Assembly (NCBI GenBank): GCA_022647725.1
Contig: JALCLG010000001.1
Location: forward strand, 1,790,784-1,854,783
Source: Bacilli bacterium
GTDB taxonomy: Bacteria; Bacillota_I; Bacilli_A; RFN20; CAG-288
DNA length: 64,000 nt
Direction: 5' to 3'
Of this stretch, positions 61,927-64,000 are shown piece after piece. Every line of letters begins with the position of its first letter. The first letter of the stretch is position 1. The notes beneath the pieces were generated by a model, which searched no databases, was not told the DNA's origin, and saw only the letters and a program-made list of their open reading frames with translations. The translations under genes and the position numbers were made by a program.

Positions 61927-62436
61927 ATGAATTATGAAAAGTATATTGGTGTGACACCGGATTTCCCGAAAAAAGGGATCTCCTTCAAAGACATTTCTCC
62001 GCTGTTAAGAGATCCGGCTGCTTTCCACAGCTGCGTCGATGATCTCACCAAGCTCTGCTCGGAATTCAAACCCGATATGCTGATCGGCCCGGAATCCCGT
62101 TCCTTCCTCTTCGGTGCGGCCGTCGCCTATAAGATGGGCATCGGCTTTGTCATGGCCCGTAAGGCCGGCAAGCTTCCGGGAGCCGTCTACCGTATCTCGT
62201 ATGATCTGGAATACGGCACCGCCACTTTGGAAATCCCTAAGGATTCCTTCAAGCCGGGAATGCGGGTTTTGCTGATCGATGATCTGCTGGCTACCGGCGG
62301 CACGTTCAATGCGCTGAAGCAGCTGGTCGTCAATGCCGGCGGCACGCCGGTTGCGACCGTCGTCGTCATCCGTCTCAAGGAACTCAAAGGGGAAGAGAAC
62401 ATCGGTCTTCCGTGCCGCTATCTTCTCAATCTTTAG
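61927..62436 (+). CDS. apt: Adenine phosphoribosyltransferase
   Basis: PRPP motif 'VLLIDDLLATGGT' and 'FKDISPLL'. Confidence 0.95.
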   Translation: MNYEKYIGVTPDFPKKGISFKDISPLLRDPAAFHSCVDDLTKLCSEFKPDMLIGPESRSFLFGAAVAYKMGIGFVMARKAGKLPGAVYRISYDLEYGTATLEIPKDSFKPGMRVLLIDDLLATGGTFNALKQLVVNAGGTPVATVVVIRLKELKGEENIGLPCRYLLNL

Positions 62437-62448
62437 TTTCCTTCATTC

Positions 62449-64000
62449 ATGGAAATCCAGAACCGCATCTACACGTTCCAGGACGTCAAGGACACCTATT
62501 CCCGTTACATCAAGAATCCGGACGACCTGGCTCTTATCGAGAAAGCCTACCGCTTCGCTGACCTGAAACATCAGGGACAGATGCGGAAATCCGGCGATCC
62601 CTATGTTACCCACTGCATCGGTGTGGCGAAGATTTTAAGCGACTTGGGTGCCGGCCCGAAGACGATTTGCGCCGGTTTCCTTCACGATACGATCGAAGAT
62701 ACCGGGACGACCAAGGAAGAGATCAGCAAGGAGTTCGGCGAGGAAGTCGCCACCTTGGTGGAAGCGTTGACCAAGGTCACCCGTCTTTCCGATTACAAGA
62801 ACGTCGAATTCACGGCCGAGAACCACCGCAAGATTTTCGTGGCCATGGCCAAAGACGTCCGGGTCATCATCGTCAAGCTTGCCGACCGTCTCCACAACAT
62901 GCGGACTCTGCAGTTCCAGGCGCCGGAGAAACAGCAGCGGATTGCCGGGGAAACCTTGGATGTCTATGCTCCGATTGCCCACCGGCTGGGTCTTTATAAC
63001 ATCCAGACCGAACTGGAAGATCTTTCCCTTTACTATCTGGAACCGGCCAAATATGCCCTGATCGAAGCCAAAGTCAAAGCTACCGTCAGTGATGCCAAAG
63101 GCACCCTGGAGAAGCTGAAGACGGAGCTCAATCAGATCCTCGCCCCGACCAAGATCCCCTTTGCCATCACCGATCGGGTCAAGAGCATCTATTCCATCTA
63201 CAAGAAAATGTACCAGAAGAACTACACCTTCGAACAGATTTACGATGTTCTGGCCTTACGGGTCATCACCGAGACCGAACAGAACTGCTACGAAATCCTC
63301 GGCTACATCCATGCCAACTTCAAACCGGTGCCGGGCCGTTTCAAGGATTACATCGCCATGCCCAAGGCCAACATGTACCAATCGCTTCATACCACCGTCG
63401 TCACCAACACCGGCCACTTCTTTGAAATCCAAATCCGTACCCAGAAGATGGATGACATCGCCGAAAGCGGCGTCGCCGCTCACTGGCGTTACAAGGAAGG
63501 CACCAACTACGATCCCAAGAAGGAACAGGTCGAGATCGAGAACCAGCTGCACTGGTTCAAGGATTTCGTCCATATGGCCAAGGACGATTCCGACAGTCAG
63601 GATACCAAGGATTTCGTCGATGAGCTCTCCCATGATATTTTCGATGCCAACGTCTATGTCTTCACCCCGAAAGGCAACGTCATCTGTCTGCCCACTGGGT
63701 CGACAACCCTCGACTTCGCTTACCGGATCCATACCGATCTCGGTGAGCATCTCTCCGGTGCCAAGATCAACGGAACGCTCGTTCCGATCTCGCAGGCCCT
63801 CAAGACCGGCGATATCGTCGAAGTCATCGTCAACAAGAATTCCTCGCCGAACTCGGAATGGCTCAACATCGCCAAGACCAACTTCGCCCGCAACAAGATC
63901 CGCAAATATCTGGTGAAAGCCAATGCCGATTATGTCCGTGAAGATGGTATCAAGAAAGGCCGTCAGGCTTTCTTGGATATGCTGAAGGAAGCTAAGATTG
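62449..64000 (+). CDS. relA: Bifunctional (p)ppGpp synthetase/hydrolase RelA/SpoT homolog (3' partial; runs off the window)
   Basis: My own translation from ATG 62449: 'MEIQNRIYTF...HQGQMRKSGDPYVTHCIGVA...FLHDTIEDT' (HD domain), then 'RVKSIYSIYKKM' and 'DVLALRVI' (synthetase). Absent from the ORF track because there is no stop in the window. Confidence 0.9.
   Translation, partial: MEIQNRIYTFQDVKDTYSRYIKNPDDLALIEKAYRFADLKHQGQMRKSGDPYVTHCIGVAKILSDLGAGPKTICAGFLHDTIEDTGTTKEEISKEFGEEVATLVEALTKVTRLSDYKNVEFTAENHRKIFVAMAKDVRVIIVKLADRLHNMRTLQFQAPEKQQRIAGETLDVYAPIAHRLGLYNIQTELEDLSLYYLEPAKYALIEAKVKATVSDAKGTLEKLKTELNQILAPTKIPFAITDRVKSIYSIYKKMYQKNYTFEQIYDVLALRVITETEQNCYEILGYIHANFKPVPGRFKDYIAMPKANMYQSLHTTVVTNTGHFFEIQIRTQKMDDIAESGVAAHWRYKEGTNYDPKKEQVEIENQLHWFKDFVHMAKDDSDSQDTKDFVDELSHDIFDANVYVFTPKGNVICLPTGSTTLDFAYRIHTDLGEHLSGAKINGTLVPISQALKTGDIVEVIVNKNSSPNSEWLNIAKTNFARNKIRKYLVKANADYVREDGIKKGRQAFLDMLKEAKI

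Noticed and set aside
62434-62451. The apt stop (TAG) and the relA ATG are in the same frame, 12 nt apart, and relA has no SD. Considered as possible read-through fusion.
   Set aside because: There is no read-through context or supporting signal. Short-gap re-initiation is the simpler explanation.

Overview
This 64 kb window is core chromosome from a Bacillota bacterium on the Mollicutes or Erysipelotrichia side. The 16S signature is 'CAGCAGTAGGGAGTATTTGGCAATGGGGGAAACCCTGACCGAGCAACGCCGCGTG'. The standard genetic code applies: all long ORFs are intact with UGA as a stop.

I call about 50 protein genes and one rrn operon (16S-23S-5S). I recognised no tRNA, no CRISPR array and no mobile element.

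Gene order follows conserved Bacillus-type blocks:
- rplU-prp-rpmA-obg
- ruvAB-secDF-recJ, with apt-relA about 29 kb further on
- dnaB(Bs-type)-dnaI
- ybeY/cdd-era-recO-glyQS-dnaG-sigA-trmK-nif3-ispH
- a division cluster split into divIB-ftsA-ftsZ-pheST-thyX and mraZ-rsmH-ftsL-like, with no peptidoglycan genes in either piece

Supported regulatory elements:
- a valS T-box
- a CIRCE operator before lon
- a GTGG(G/T)A repeat array at the mraZ promoter
- rrn boxA elements and processing stems
- several sigma-70 promoters and intrinsic terminators

Most worth a second look:
1. A 61-aa double-glycine-leader (bacteriocin or pheromone type) peptide gene that overlaps radC.
2. 33 kb downstream of that peptide gene, a catalytically intact C39 peptidase fused to an ABC-type membrane domain with no ATPase.
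3. Two tandem paralogous lipoproteins with thioredoxin-like CxxC modules.
4. A 16S rRNA with substitutions at universally conserved sites; two of the changes have compensatory partner changes.
5. A DnaI-like loader without a Walker A lysine.
6. An in-frame YbeY-cytidine deaminase fusion.
7. A SigA with an N-terminal extension of about 220 aa containing basic then acidic blocks.

The many long antisense or alternate-frame ORFs in the track, including all ORFs inside the rRNA genes, are rejected as shadows.

All homology calls come from motif recognition by eye. No database search was run.
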